Positions 1 to 10,228 are shown, numbered from the stretch's first letter. The stretch is DNA of 64,000 nucleotides from an uncultured Spirochaetota bacterium (GCA_963768055.1 CAVYGN010000002.1:1-64000), one strand, 5' to 3'. Translations and numbers: made by a program. The notes: generated from the sequence alone by a model not told the origin.

Positions 1-136
1 ATGGGGTATATGCTACTATAGGAAATATTGAGGTGAATGTTTCAGCTCGCGTAGAATAATAATTCGCCATTAAAGCTGAAAATAGAAAATTCCTATCCAT
101 CACCCGGTTTAACCGGAGAGGTGGATGGAATGACTT

Positions 137-1063
137 CTATTTAAATCTTGCCCTTTCATCAAGCGGAACAAGTAAAATAACCATCCTTCTGTTCTGGGCT
201 TTACCTTCTTCAGTATCGTTCGATGCAACAGGGTTATACTCACCATAACCAGTAGCTTTTAGAACAGATGGATTGACACCCTGGCTTTGCAGATATCTTA
301 CAACAGTCGTTGCCCTTGCAGTTGAAAGTTCCCAGTTGGAAGGAAATTTCCATTTGTAACCCGGGGCTATCGGGACATTATCGGTATAGCCTTCAACACG
401 GATCTGTTTATTGGTAATGCTTTTTAAAACCATTGCCAGCTTATCAAGGGTACTCTTACCACTGTTTCTGATGTCTGACCTTCCTGAATCGAAGAATATT
501 TTATCCTGGAAATCCACATTAAGCATGTCTCCAATTTGCTGGAGTTTTAAATCCCCATTGGCGATCTCAATCTGCATTGCCGCTTCCATCTTATCATGGG
601 TTTCGGTTATATTTGAAATCTCCTGGTTTTTTTCCAAAAGCAGCTTGGCCTGGTCCTCTGATAGTGATTTGATCGTCTTTTGCATATCATTTATTTGCCC
701 ATCCCTGTTACTGATCTCAGACTGCAGATTTGCAATCTTAAGATTATTAATTTTAAAAGCCAGGTTTAAAACATCAATCTGCTTACCTAATGACCCTTTT
801 GTAGAATCGACTTGGTTTTTTAAACTCATATTATCGTTTGACAATATGATAAGTTCTTTCTGAAGATTATCCCGCTGATCCTGAACAGTTGCGACGTCTT
901 TCTTCGTTTGTCCAAGATCGCTTATTAGGTTCTGGTTCTCATCATTCAAATCCGCATTGTCAGTCTTAAGCTTTGTTAATTCCTCCGGTTTTATCGTAGA
1001 ACAGCTTCCGAGAAACATTAGCAGCGATGAAAACACCGCTACAGAAACTAAAATATTTTTCAT
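137..1063 (-). CDS. OmpA/MotB-family peptidoglycan-binding lipoprotein with long coiled coil
   Basis: Lipobox-like LGSC, coiled-coil middle, C-terminal OmpA/MotB motifs (FDSG, VEGYTD, NWELSTARA, NRR). Start moved to the ATG at 1063 behind GAGGAGG. Confidence 0.85.
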   Translation of the reverse strand: MKNILVSVAVFSSLLMFLGSCSTIKPEELTKLKTDNADLNDENQNLISDLGQTKKDVATVQDQRDNLQKELIILSNDNMSLKNQVDSTKGSLGKQIDVLNLAFKINNLKIANLQSEISNRDGQINDMQKTIKSLSEDQAKLLLEKNQEISNITETHDKMEAAMQIEIANGDLKLQQIGDMLNVDFQDKIFFDSGRSDIRNSGKSTLDKLAMVLKSITNKQIRVEGYTDNVPIAPGYKWKFPSNWELSTARATTVVRYLQSQGVNPSVLKATGYGEYNPVASNDTEEGKAQNRRMVILLVPLDERARFK

Positions 1064-1094
1064 ATAAACCTCCTCAGGTTTCATGTTTAATTAT

Positions 1095-1351
1095 ATTATA
1101 TTGATAATACTGATAGATGTAATCAGGATATATTACTGAATTTTATCAGGTTTTATCAGGAATAACATCTGATTTTCGAGAAAAGCATAGGGAATTATTC
1201 CTGATAGTCTATGCTTAACATAAATAAATAACAAATATACAGTTCAGTAATTAACCCTTATTTCTATTCAAAAATCAGTTAAAATACCTTATCTTTTACA
1301 ATTAAATCAGTGCAAATTCCTGATTACATAACCCGCCTGCTTTTTTATAAT
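1095..1351. promoter_or_regulatory. Divergent promoter pair with six 17-bp TCAGG/TAGGG-N8-CTGA boxes
   Basis: Boxes at 1123, 1156, 1188 and, inverted, at 1244, 1275, 1307. TATAAT lies 22 bp from the proximal box on each side (1095-1100 minus, 1346-1351 plus). Confidence 0.75.
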
Positions 1352-1376
1352 AATGGAAATTATTAAGGAGTATTTT

Positions 1377-2315
1377 ATGCCGATTTTTAAAACCAGGAAC
1401 ATAATGTTCAGGATCATTATATTTCTATCAGGAATAATTGCATCTTTAACCATTTATTTTGTGGATTATAAAATATTGGGTCCGGATATTACTTTTACAC
1501 TGGTATATCTGCTTCCAATAATAGCAGTTTGCTGGTATTCAGGCATCGGTTATGCTATTTTCTTAGCCATTCTCTGCGTCGCTGAATGGTCGCTAATAAA
1601 ATACCATCTTTATGTCACAGACAAAAATTTCATTATATTTGTTTTCAATATCGCTACGAAACTATTCATGTATAATTTTATTATTTATATACTGGCAAGA
1701 CTTAAATTAAGCCTGCATGAAAAAGAGTTGATCCTGAAAGAAGTGCATCACCGTATTAAAAATAATTTGAATACTATCAGCAGTCTTTTGAGTCTCAAAC
1801 AGGCAAATATGAAAGAGCCTGCTGTAATAGAAGCAATAATTGATGTTAAAAGCCATGTTCAGAATATGGCTGTATTATATGACAGGTTATACCAGTCCCC
1901 GAATTATAATGATATTCCTGTGAAAGAGTACCTATTGAGCATTATTGATAAAGTCATAAGTAATTTTCCTAACAGCACATCAGTAAAATGTGAAACTGAA
2001 ATAGATGAATTAATATTAGATGCAAAAAGGGCACAATCGATAGGAATCATTTTCAATGAACTGCTTACAAATATTATGAAATATGCTTTTACCGGTAGGG
2101 ATAATAATTTAATTAAAATATCGGCCTCGATGAGAAATAATCATATAATTCTTACTGTATATGACAATGGAAAAGGTTTACCTGAATCTGTTGATTTTGA
2201 AAATTCAAACGGCTTGGGCCTGAGATTAATTGGAATGCTGATTAAGCAACTTGGCGGATTAATCAGGGTCGAACGCGGGGGCGGGACCCGGATTGAAATC
2301 GATTTCAGGGCCTGA
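1377..2315 (+). CDS. Membrane sensor histidine kinase (HisKA_2/HWE-like)
   Basis: N-terminal TM helices, EVHHRIKNNL H-box, NELLTNIMKYAF N-box, DNGKG and GLG boxes. AGGAG precedes the ATG at 1377. Confidence 0.9.
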   Translation: MPIFKTRNIMFRIIIFLSGIIASLTIYFVDYKILGPDITFTLVYLLPIIAVCWYSGIGYAIFLAILCVAEWSLIKYHLYVTDKNFIIFVFNIATKLFMYNFIIYILARLKLSLHEKELILKEVHHRIKNNLNTISSLLSLKQANMKEPAVIEAIIDVKSHVQNMAVLYDRLYQSPNYNDIPVKEYLLSIIDKVISNFPNSTSVKCETEIDELILDAKRAQSIGIIFNELLTNIMKYAFTGRDNNLIKISASMRNNHIILTVYDNGKGLPESVDFENSNGLGLRLIGMLIKQLGGLIRVERGGGTRIEIDFRA

Positions 2316-2317
2316 AT

Positions 2318-3703
2318 TTATTGTTCTAATTGAACCATATCAATAAGTTCGGTTTTGTTTTTTGAACCGGTTTTCTGGTAGATATGATAAATATGTGTTT
2401 CAACGGTTTTATTGGAAATAAATAATACTTTTGCGATTTCCTTATAACTATATCTCTGGACAAGAAACACCAGTATATCTCTTTCTCTCTTGGAAAGTTT
2501 ATAATTAGTGGCAAATAAATCAATTTCCGGCCCGGCATTTTCTATTTTTTCCCCTGATAATGAAATATACAGGTAATATGTATTAATAATGACAAATGAT
2601 AATATTCCATAAGCAAGGTTATCCTGCTGGCCAACAAAAATCACGGTAAGGCTGAATATATATATTTTATTCTGAATTATATAAAACAGATAAGACAGCA
2701 AGAGGATTGATGTGCTTAATAATACAGAGATAGATTTCCGTCTATCCTTTTTGATCGATGATACAGAAACCAGAATAAAACATGACAAACCTATAAATAA
2801 TAACAGATAATAAAACATCAAAATATAATTCAGGAATACCCAATTTACAGGAAAAATCAGCAATATTATCACCAGGATGAAACATGCCGAAATTATTTTG
2901 AAAGCGGTCTTTATATGTTTATTGAAAAAAAGGTTAATGAAAAGTGAATATATCAGGAACAGTTTTATATAATTAAAAGTGATCTGTATCTTTATAAGTG
3001 TGTCGGCGGAAATATCTGAAAGAAAATTAAGAGTTTCTCCTTTCCCTATCAGATTAAGGGCCTGGAAAAAAGCGAATAAGGCCAGTATAAAAAAACCATG
3101 ATTTTTCCTGTTTCCAAACAATAGAAGGATATTAATTATAAAGAGTAAAAAAAGAGCCCCGTCAATAATACCTTCCCTGAATAGAACCCCCCATCTATGC
3201 TCGCGGATATCATTTTCTTTCCCGATCAATATCGGCTCCCTGATTAATTTGATATTTGAATAATTGAATATCTTTAAGTACAAATTCAGATGATCAAGTT
3301 TTCCCGGAACAGGCAGGATGTTGCTTTTATCATAATAGTTTACCTTCCACCGTGCTACGTAATTATACCCGTTAGAAAGCTCTATATTATCGTTAATCCA
3401 GAAATAGTATGGGGAGAGAAGCGGAGGTATCGATAAAGCAATAATATCTGGCTGGTTCGTAGTATTATACCCTTTAGGAAGTATCACTTTAATATAAAAT
3501 TCTGCCGAATCATTTTCCTTATCGTAATATGTCGGATTAAGACCGGTTACGGATCCATCAGATATCTTTATAATTCCATCTTTTGAAAAGTCCCAATGTG
3601 AAATGTCAAGGACCCCGTTTTCAACTATGGGTACTGAATCAGCGCCAAAGGTTTTGCAGGTAATAAAAAGAAAAAAAACAATAGATATTTTCAACAAATT
3701 CAT
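2318..3703 (-). CDS. Multi-pass membrane sensor (7TM-DISM-like) with C-terminal LuxR HTH
   Basis: Signal peptide, GVLDISHWDF extracellular motif, about 7 TM helices, LSKRERDIL...YKEIAKVLFISNKTVETHIYHIYQK LuxR HTH. Confidence 0.85.
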   Translation of the reverse strand: MNLLKISIVFFLFITCKTFGADSVPIVENGVLDISHWDFSKDGIIKISDGSVTGLNPTYYDKENDSAEFYIKVILPKGYNTTNQPDIIALSIPPLLSPYYFWINDNIELSNGYNYVARWKVNYYDKSNILPVPGKLDHLNLYLKIFNYSNIKLIREPILIGKENDIREHRWGVLFREGIIDGALFLLFIINILLLFGNRKNHGFFILALFAFFQALNLIGKGETLNFLSDISADTLIKIQITFNYIKLFLIYSLFINLFFNKHIKTAFKIISACFILVIILLIFPVNWVFLNYILMFYYLLLFIGLSCFILVSVSSIKKDRRKSISVLLSTSILLLSYLFYIIQNKIYIFSLTVIFVGQQDNLAYGILSFVIINTYYLYISLSGEKIENAGPEIDLFATNYKLSKRERDILVFLVQRYSYKEIAKVLFISNKTVETHIYHIYQKTGSKNKTELIDMVQLEQ

Positions 3704-3876
3704 ATATACCTATTTCAAACAAACTAATACAGATATAGTTAAACTATTGTAAAGTGTATAATTAGATAAATCAAATTGATATGAAATAGAAAATGGGAAA
3801 CCGCATGGCCATGATTTTTAATAAAATCAACGGCCAGCGGTTTCTAAAATTTTGGGGGGCGTGGTTTATGGATTTA

Positions 3877-4539
3877 TTATTTATACCTGGCCCTTGCGTC
3901 CAACCGTACAAGTTCAATCACTATCCTCCTGTTTTTTGCTCTTCCCTCTGGCGTATCGTTAGATGCTACAGGATTATATTTCGAGTACCCGGCGGATTTT
4001 AAAATTTCCGGGTTTACACCTTTTTCAACAAGATGCCTTACAACCGCTCCGGCCCTTGCCGTAGAAAGTTCCCAGTTTGAAGGGAATTTCCATCTATGCT
4101 CCGGCGCTATCAGCACGTTATCCGTATAGCCTTCAACCCTTATTTCCCGGTCTTTTACAGCGGCAAGGGTTTTAACAATGGCATCAAGCGCTTTAATTCC
4201 CTCAGGCTTTATAACATCGCTTCCCTCGTCAAAGAAAATATCGCTTACAAAGGTAACCCTGATGCTGTCTTCCAGGTCCTGAACCATTGTTTCCTTTGTC
4301 GTCAGTTGGTCACGAAGATCATTGACCAAATTGCTATAAGTTAACGCATTCGACTCGTTTAATTGGCTGTTGGCAGTCAGGCTCATAATCTTTTCATTAA
4401 GGGTTTCGATCTGGTTGGAGAGGCTCTGATTCTCCGCCCTTAGTTCGGTGGTTTCATCCGGTTTCGCCGGGTTCTGGGAGCAGCCAATAAAAAAGAACAA
4501 CCCCATGGAAACAAAAATAATCATAATTGATTTATACAT
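3877..4539 (-). CDS. OmpA/MotB-family lipoprotein, paralog of 137..1063
   Basis: Lipobox FIGC, short coiled coil, shared WKFPSNWELSTARA and ASNDT-EG-A-NRR motifs. Confidence 0.85.
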   Translation of the reverse strand: MYKSIMIIFVSMGLFFFIGCSQNPAKPDETTELRAENQSLSNQIETLNEKIMSLTANSQLNESNALTYSNLVNDLRDQLTTKETMVQDLEDSIRVTFVSDIFFDEGSDVIKPEGIKALDAIVKTLAAVKDREIRVEGYTDNVLIAPEHRWKFPSNWELSTARAGAVVRHLVEKGVNPEILKSAGYSKYNPVASNDTPEGRAKNRRIVIELVRLDARARYK

Positions 4540-4563
4540 AAATCACCTCCTGTTTTAATGATT

Positions 4564-4767
4564 TCATAATATATTCATATTAAACGTGGCTACCAGACCG
4601 AAAATTATCCCGGAAACAATGCCGCTCCAGATACCGCTTGAAATAAGAACCCGGCCGAACTCCATTTCCTTCACTATTGAAAACACAACCGACCAGGATA
4701 AGGCAAATAATATTCCTGCAATAATACCCACCACCAAATACGTACCCTGGAAACTTTTTAGATTCAT
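4564..4767 (-). CDS. Small two-TM membrane protein
   Basis: 67 aa with two hydrophobic helices, AAGGA-like RBS, co-oriented with neighbours. Confidence 0.6.
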   Translation of the reverse strand: MNLKSFQGTYLVVGIIAGILFALSWSVVFSIVKEMEFGRVLISSGIWSGIVSGIIFGLVATFNMNIL

Positions 4768-4844
4768 ATTATTTCCTTTTAAATTTTATAAGTATATCTT
4801 TATCCAAAAACCGCTCTATATAATTTTACTATATTTTTGTCATT

Positions 4845-5120
4845 TCATGAAACCATAACCCGGCCATATTCCTGCTTATACGGACAACTGTGGTCAGGAA
4901 TATATAACCACCCAGAATTATTAACCCTGTCGCAAGGCATCAGTAACAGGAAAGCTGATTGATTATTAGCTAATATGCAAATGCCATGCAGGGACAGGTT
5001 TATAATCCTGCAAGGATCAATACTCGCACTCTGCACGCATGAAACATTAATACAAGGAACATTGAGATTCGAAGTCCTCGGTAAATTCCTTTTATCAGAT
5101 ATTATCTTTGAAATTTCCAT
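4845..5120 (-). CDS. Small PilZ-like (possibly degenerate) protein
   Basis: RNLPR (RxxxR) and NLSLHG (D/NxSxxG) motifs, GGAGG RBS, and its own boxed promoter. Confidence 0.55.
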   Translation of the reverse strand: MEISKIISDKRNLPRTSNLNVPCINVSCVQSASIDPCRIINLSLHGICILANNQSAFLLLMPCDRVNNSGWLYIPDHSCPYKQEYGRVMVS

Positions 5121-5157
5121 TTTAATGACCTCCAGACTTTCATTTCAAAGATACTTA

Positions 5158-5267
5158 ATTATAAATAATGCACGGATACTTGTAATCAGGAATATTTACT
5201 GAATTCTGTAATAAAAGATAGGGAATTTCAACTGATTTTTAAGAAAAGCATAAGGGTTTATTACTGA
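5158..5267 (-). promoter_or_regulatory. Third promoter with a triplet of 17-bp boxes
   Basis: Boxes at 5186, 5219, 5251; minus-strand TATAAT at 5158-5163, again 22 bp from the proximal box. Confidence 0.75.
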
Positions 5268-5339
5268 CCATAAGATTTTTAAGCCGGATATTATAAATAG
5301 GACTTTGCGAAAACTACCGGAAAATATGTTAACGGAATA

Positions 5340-6611
5340 TTAATAATTAAAAATAGTGAAAATACCTATGCCAGCAATATACCCAAGTAACGCCAGCCAG
5401 GAAACCTTTTTCAGGTACTTTAAGAATTCAATCTTACCTATCCCCATAACGGCTACACCTGCTGCCGAACCGATAATCAGAATGCTTCCGCCAGTTCCGG
5501 TACAGTAAGCTATGAGCTCCCAGAAATAATGATCCGTTGGAAAAACTGAAAGAGGATACATCCCTATAGACGCGGCAACAAGAGGGACATTATCTACAAT
5601 TGCCGAAAGAAAACCGGTCACAGATGCCAGTATTGTAACTGACTTGAAAGTTTGTCCTGCCCAAAAGGCCAGTTTCGACAATATGCCTGCAGTTTCAAGC
5701 GATGATACTGCAAGAAGGATACCAAGAAAGAACAAGATTGTACTCATATCCATTTTTCTTAATGCTTTGATCACTGAAAGATTCATTTTCTCTTCATCGT
5801 TCTTATTTTTATGAATAACCTCAGTGATCAGCCAGAGTATCCCCAGGCCGATAAGAATACCCATATATGGAGGAAGACCGGTCAGAATCTTGAAAACCGG
5901 AACTGAGACAAGAACTCCGATTCCAAGATAAAATACAATATTTTTCTCCGCCGCCTTTATATTACTTTGTTCTTTTTCCGGAAAGGAAACAATATTATTC
6001 TTTTTTGGTTTCAGGAGAAATGTCGCAATGATAACCGGGACCATGAGATTTATAATGCTTGGCAATATAAGACGCATTACAATATTTCCTGCCGTGATCC
6101 TTTCATTGATCCAGAGCATTGTGGTCGTGACATCCCCTATAGGCGACCATGCACCTCCAGAGTTAGCTGCAATCACAATAATACCTGAAAATATCAGCCT
6201 GTCCTCGGGATCTGAAACCAATTTTCTCACGAGCATTATCATAATAATAGCCGTAGTAAGATTGTCCAAGACTGCCGAAAGGAAAAAAGTTATCCAGGCG
6301 ATGACCCACAAAAGTACCTTGGAATTCCGAGCCGTAATCCTTTTTGTAATTATATCAAAACCTTTATGGGACTCTATCAACTCGACTATAGTCATTGCTC
6401 CCAGAAGGAAAAATAAAACACCAGCTATCTCGATCAGAACCGAATTTAATTTTTCAAGAACTACCGAATGCAGTCCGCAACCCGCCATTAAAAACAGCCA
6501 GCAAAAAACACCCGTAATCAAAGAAAATGCCGCTTTATTGATCTTGAGCCGCTGCTCAAAGATAATACAAATATAACCGGCCAGGAAAACAATTATTATT
6601 AACAGATCCAC
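5340..6611 (-). CDS. nhaD: NhaD-family Na+/H+ antiporter
   Basis: LSAVLDNLTT, AANSGGAWSPIGDVTT, SAIVDNVPLVA and GGSILIIGSAAGV motifs. Confidence 0.88.
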   Translation of the reverse strand: MDLLIIIVFLAGYICIIFEQRLKINKAAFSLITGVFCWLFLMAGCGLHSVVLEKLNSVLIEIAGVLFFLLGAMTIVELIESHKGFDIITKRITARNSKVLLWVIAWITFFLSAVLDNLTTAIIMIMLVRKLVSDPEDRLIFSGIIVIAANSGGAWSPIGDVTTTMLWINERITAGNIVMRLILPSIINLMVPVIIATFLLKPKKNNIVSFPEKEQSNIKAAEKNIVFYLGIGVLVSVPVFKILTGLPPYMGILIGLGILWLITEVIHKNKNDEEKMNLSVIKALRKMDMSTILFFLGILLAVSSLETAGILSKLAFWAGQTFKSVTILASVTGFLSAIVDNVPLVAASIGMYPLSVFPTDHYFWELIAYCTGTGGSILIIGSAAGVAVMGIGKIEFLKYLKKVSWLALLGYIAGIGIFTIFNY

Positions 6612-6651
6612 GCTACAGCCTTCAAGATTGCATAGAGGGCTAAATCCTCAT

Positions 6652-6863
6652 TTACTTTGCGACAGATTCTTTTAGACCTTTGCCTGCTTTGAAAGATACT
6701 ACCCTTTTTGCCGCGATTTTTATTTTCTCGCCTGTTTTCGGATTTCTTCCTTCCCTTGCCGGCTTGTCAACAACCTTGAAAGTTCCGAATCCTACTAAAG
6801 CGACTTCTTTTGTTTTTTTCAGGCCATGCCGGATGCCTTCAATTACAGTGTCGAGAACTCTAC
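6652..6863 (-). pseudogene. hup: HU histone-like DNA-binding protein, 5'-truncated at the IS21 end
   Basis: Manual translation RVLDTVIEGIRHGLKKTKEVALVGFGTFKVVDKPAREGRNPKTGEKIKIAAKRVVSFKAGKGLKESVAK*; about 20 N-terminal residues missing. Not in the ORF track. Confidence 0.9.
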
Positions 6864-6963
6864 TGTCGAGGACCGGGTAGATTCCCCAGTGGCAGGGGCA
6901 TGAGATTCCCCACCTTTTCCTGAAAAATACCGTTCTTGATTTTAGAGAGAAATCATAAAACTT

Positions 6964-7710
6964 TCAAATAGTTTTCCCTTCCTTCCGGAAAGATTTTCCA
7001 TCTTTGGATTTTACCAGGATTTTAATTGAGCCTGAAACAAGGCGGTCAAGCATAGCCCCTCCAATCACAGGATCAGGGAAGATTGCCAGCCAGTCCTCCG
7101 GAGGCCGGTTGCTTGTCAGAATAATGGACCTGTTTCCAAGCCTTTCATCGACAATCCGGTATAGGTATTCCGTTTCTTCATTGTCGAGTTTTTTAAATCC
7201 GAAATCGTCTATTATCAGGAGGTCTGTTTTAATACACTTTCTGAATAGAGTATTCTTAAACATAAGCTTTTCGCTTTTCAAGTCTTCAAGAAGAACCGCG
7301 GCTTTCTTGAAAAGAACTGTGTTTCCTCTTCTGCAGGCCTCATGGCCGACTGATTTTGCAATGCATGTTTTACCTATGCCGGGAGGCCCGGCGATGACAA
7401 CAAACTGTCTCATATCCATGAAACGGCAGGACGCGATTTCACGAATAAGCCTTGAAGGGATAGCGCTCTCATTGAAATTAAAATCAAACCCCTCGAAAGT
7501 GTTTTCCTGGCCGAACTTCGCTTCTCTCAGCCTCTTTTTGAGCATGTTATTATCCCTCTGGCATAATTCATCCTGAACTAACAAAGAGAAAAATTCTCCA
7601 TAGTCCAGGTTTGATTCTTGAGCCTCCCTGATCCGCATAGGAAGGTTGAATAGCATCCCAGGAAGCTTTAACCTCCTTAAGTTTGCCTCAAGCTGATTCT
7701 GATGTTCCAT
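6964..7710 (-). CDS. istB: IS21 helper ATPase
   Basis: GPPGIGKT Walker A, LLIIDDFG Walker B, TSNR and LDRL motifs. Confidence 0.95.
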   Translation of the reverse strand: MEHQNQLEANLRRLKLPGMLFNLPMRIREAQESNLDYGEFFSLLVQDELCQRDNNMLKKRLREAKFGQENTFEGFDFNFNESAIPSRLIREIASCRFMDMRQFVVIAGPPGIGKTCIAKSVGHEACRRGNTVLFKKAAVLLEDLKSEKLMFKNTLFRKCIKTDLLIIDDFGFKKLDNEETEYLYRIVDERLGNRSIILTSNRPPEDWLAIFPDPVIGGAMLDRLVSGSIKILVKSKDGKSFRKEGKTI

Positions 7711-7728
7711 ATTTCCTCCTCATTATCT

Positions 7729-9270
7729 CTATTGAAAGTAATAGCTGCCGTCCCTGGTCATTTCAGACCCTTCTTCTGAAATTTCAAACAGGGTGTCCTG
7801 TTTATCCTTTCCTTCATTTTCCATCCAGCTTTTGAATAGTTTGGGATCGGTTATTTTTGCCGATATTGCTCTTTCACAGACTTTATTAAAGTATTCTTCT
7901 TTCGAGAATGTTTCCATTACACTTAAGAACCCCAGGGCCCTCCGGCAATTCAGATTAGCATGAACAGCAAGGATTTGAAAGATCAACTGGTATGCGGCTT
8001 CTCCGTATTTCCTCGACTGGTCTAATAAATACTTGGGGTATCCCCCGGATAGCATCTCCCTTGTATTCTCCGGAAAATCAGTCTTTTCATATGCTGCATG
8101 TCCTCTTGGTACGACAAATTCCCGGATAAGTTTGTACTGGAAGAAGATCTTCACTAAATTGCCGGTTCTCCTGACAAAGACTTCCTCTCCACGATACCTG
8201 GGAGGCAGGGAATACCTCTTTTTCTCGAACTGGACAAATTGGTCCGGGTGTACCTTGGCCTTTTTCCATACGGGAGTCTTAAACCTTTCTTCAGGAAGCT
8301 TCTTAAGCAGGGGCTTCTCTATCGTTTCAAATACCTCTATTGGTTTCAAACCTGTTGTTCCATGGTTCCTCATCCCGTATTCATACCTGCACCATTCCAG
8401 AGCTTTGATGTTTAATTCCTTTAACGAGGCTCCGGGATTAAGGGCTTTAAGTTTTCTGAAAAGCTCTCTGGCAACAGGGACCATTCTCTCTATCTTGGCT
8501 TTATCCTTTGGTTTCCTTACCCTGCAAGGATCAAGAAAAGTATTGTAATACTCCGCATAATCAGCATATGCCTGATTATATTTAGGATCGTAAAGGTCCG
8601 GTGATATGATGCCGGTTTTCAGATTGTCCAGGGATATTCTTACAGGCACACCGCCGTAAAACTCCAGCATATCCACATTGCTTTCAACGAATGATTCCTG
8701 GTTTTGTGAATAGACATATTGAACAAATGGCAGCCTTGAACTCGACATTATTCCGATAAAAGACTGCACGATCTTGTTGTGCCCCAGGTATTCCATTGTG
8801 CCGGCCCTGCCGTAGTCAAGCTGGATCTCCTGACCAGGGTTAGTTTCAATCCGGATGGTTTCCTTTAATTCTTTAGCTGTAAGGCCGCTCTTTATCGAGA
8901 ATCTCTTGAAACTTGTATAGCTTATGTCCAGATTATGCCTTATACAGACAACTTCAAAGGCTGTCTTGGGTTTCATTCCGTTTTTCGGGTCATTTATGAG
9001 CCCGTACAGCTCATCTTTATATCGTTCAAGTATGCTTGCCTTATTTTCATTTTTTGGAGGCCCTACAAAGGGGCGTTTCAGATGGAATTCTTCCCGGCTT
9101 ATTGTTTCTCCCGCCTTTTCAAAGCCGTAATCGATAATTTTTTGAATCGCTAGTCGGACTGTTTTCCTATCCCTGTTTTCCTGTTCGGAAATTTCACTTA
9201 TGCTTTGATCGGCTTTCCATCGTCTGTAAATGTCATAGTAATCCTGTTCGTTCATAAATCTGTACCCCAT
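7729..9270 (-). CDS. istA: IS21 DDE transposase
   Basis: ETNPGQEIQLDYG, FYGGVP...DNLK and KDKAKIER motifs. Confidence 0.95.
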   Translation of the reverse strand: MGYRFMNEQDYYDIYRRWKADQSISEISEQENRDRKTVRLAIQKIIDYGFEKAGETISREEFHLKRPFVGPPKNENKASILERYKDELYGLINDPKNGMKPKTAFEVVCIRHNLDISYTSFKRFSIKSGLTAKELKETIRIETNPGQEIQLDYGRAGTMEYLGHNKIVQSFIGIMSSSRLPFVQYVYSQNQESFVESNVDMLEFYGGVPVRISLDNLKTGIISPDLYDPKYNQAYADYAEYYNTFLDPCRVRKPKDKAKIERMVPVARELFRKLKALNPGASLKELNIKALEWCRYEYGMRNHGTTGLKPIEVFETIEKPLLKKLPEERFKTPVWKKAKVHPDQFVQFEKKRYSLPPRYRGEEVFVRRTGNLVKIFFQYKLIREFVVPRGHAAYEKTDFPENTREMLSGGYPKYLLDQSRKYGEAAYQLIFQILAVHANLNCRRALGFLSVMETFSKEEYFNKVCERAISAKITDPKLFKSWMENEGKDKQDTLFEISEEGSEMTRDGSYYFQ

Positions 9271-9396
9271 CCATTCCCCTCCGGTTTTTTCCGGAGAGTA
9301 TGTTTGATTTTTTAGATTCTGAACAGGAAAAGGTGGGTGGGGAATCTCATGGCCCTATTTTGCCTTTTTACTGGGGAATCTGGGTGGCCCCGGACA

Positions 9397-9641
9397 AATG
9401 GTAAATAAGAAACACGAATAATCTTAACCTTACCTGATAACAATAAATCAAGACATATTTTTTGTTTGTTTAAATCACCTTTAAGTCTTACTATAAACTC
9501 TGTTATTGAGGCAGTTGTAATATATACATCATCATAATCAAACATTTTTTGAAGATTGAGATAGTTTACTCTTGGATTTAGTGTAAGACCAATTTTATTA
9601 TACAAATAATTGTATAAAACCATTGTATCGATAACAATCAT
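9397..9641 (-). pseudogene. PIN-domain-like gene, 3'-truncated by IS21
   Basis: MIVIDTMVL start and VYITTASITEF resemble PIN motifs; the frame runs into the IS end. Confidence 0.55.
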
Positions 9642-9689
9642 AAATACCTTTTTATAAAAAAACATTTTTGCCGTAACTTTCGTACAAGA

Positions 9690-10226
9690 CTACATAAACG
9701 TACTTCGTATTATTTTTTCAAAATTATACTTATTAATCCAGCCTAAAACCTTACCGCATATCTTCAAAGTTTGATCATCCCTCTTGAAGACTTCCTTCTC
9801 ATAACGTTCGTTATCGGACATTACGGTAATATCTCCTGTTAACTTGAATTCGATACGCTTGCACCTGAGCTCCCCGAACACATCGATGACATAAATGCCA
9901 TTCTCGGCAATTTCACCAGGAACATACAAAACATAATCCCCGTTGGATATCGTCGGGGTCATCGAATCCCCTTTGATTTTCATCGCCTTGACCTTGCTTT
10001 CAGGATAAGGCTGTATGATCTCGGCAGGGACCGGCACCATATCGACAACAGCTATATCGTAACTTTCAATGCCGTTTCCTGCAGATACCTTCGCAGAAAG
10101 CAATTCTATGTGAGCCGTAATTCCTTTATCGTCGACCTTCTTACCGCTGCTTTTGTAGAACATATCACCGCGGCCTGTCAACAGCCAGTTCGCATCAATA
10201 TCGAATGTTAAGGCTATTTTTTCGAG
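9690..10226 (-). pseudogene. Phage CI/LexA-like repressor (S24 domain) lacking most of its HTH
   Basis: LEKIALTFDIDANWLLTGRGDMF is the end of an HTH; SAG cleavage site, GDSMTP serine, KR lysine, SDN. The frame is closed at 10227 by the cassette-end repeat. Confidence 0.75.
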
Positions 10227-10228
10227 TC

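Larger units (their letters stand above)
6864..9396 (-). mobile_element. IS21-family insertion sequence
   Basis: istA-istB pair; ends TGTCGAGGACCGGGTAGATTCCCCAGT and (reverse complement) TGTCCGGGGCCACCCAGATTCCCCAGT, each with a second internal AGATTCCCCAC. No target-site duplication. Confidence 0.92.

Noticed and set aside
137..4539. Flagellar stator motB genes
   Set aside because: No motA partner and no N-terminal TM with the conserved Asp; lipoprotein signals instead.
6680..6880. Plus-strand 66-aa ORF
   Set aside because: Antisense shadow of the HU fragment.
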